Below, piece by piece: positions 33,351 through 33,754 of a DNA stretch of 33,754 nucleotides. Position numbers and translations under genes: made by a program. A model generated the notes under the pieces. That model searched no databases and was not told where the DNA came from. It saw nothing but the letters and a program-made list of their open reading frames with translations. Position 1 is the first letter of the stretch; every line of letters begins with the position of its first letter. This stretch comes from Macrostomum lignano (lineage: Eukaryota), in the NCBI GenBank assembly GCA_002269645.1, contig NIVC01004837.1, positions 1 through 33,754 on the forward strand. Reading direction: 5' to 3'.

Positions 33351-33754
33351 GCGGTGCCTTTCCCGGTTGCGAGTGGCGTGGGACACTTTAATTGACGGTC
33401 AGATAAGATAATAGGTATAATTTAGTCATAAATGTTTAATTAGTTTAAGTAAATCACAGCAGTACGCCTGCTTTTATCGATTGGTAAAGCATTTACGAAG
33501 AAGTCGCTGAATTGTGTAATAATGGCCGTTTGACTTGTCATTTTGGTCTGAATAAAGTTTCAGTATCCGGTGCAGGAACTCATCATGACTCATCGTGATC
33601 ACCAGTCGGTTGATGTTCAATCTCACCGTAACTTATGCAAGCACGAAATCAGAATTGAAGGGCTTGTTGAATATCGCCATCAAATAAAGCCAAATGTTAG
33701 TATACTCAATTTTTTAAATTTCAAGTTGTGTAGGATATAATTGCCGATATGTAT

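Overview
This is animal genomic DNA, not prokaryotic. GC-rich exons in AT-rich, satellite-rich DNA are consistent with a free-living flatworm such as Macrostomum (an inference, not a database match). Four protein-coding genes can be built by hand from homology and GT-AG phases. (1) A 4-exon SWAP/SFSWAP splicing regulator (+, 2996-10405, 553 aa) with DRY_EERY and two SURP domains but no visible RS tail. (2) A 7-exon clockwork-orange-like bHLH-Orange transcription factor (+, 15432-22272) with a frame discrepancy in its last exon. (3) An intronless DEG/ENaC channel (+, 27477-29105) that keeps only 6 extracellular cysteines. (4) A 4-exon myophilin/Mp20/transgelin-type calponin-family gene (-, 31607-29623, 190 aa). 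Mobile DNA includes a decayed RNase H-bearing LINE with an in-frame 5' inversion, a foldback MITE, a tRNA-derived SINE, a Gypsy-type LTR with a tRNA-Leu PBS and a triplicated MEF2/CRE-AP1 module, and a 5'-truncated RTE LINE inside a satellite. About a third of the window is tandem repeat, and almost every long intron is filled by its own repeat family. Most long ORFs in the supplied track are satellite artefacts. I found no evidence of a defence or CRISPR-like system. The best leads concern intron/satellite architecture, retroelement mechanics, a TE-borne enhancer and an unusual ion channel.
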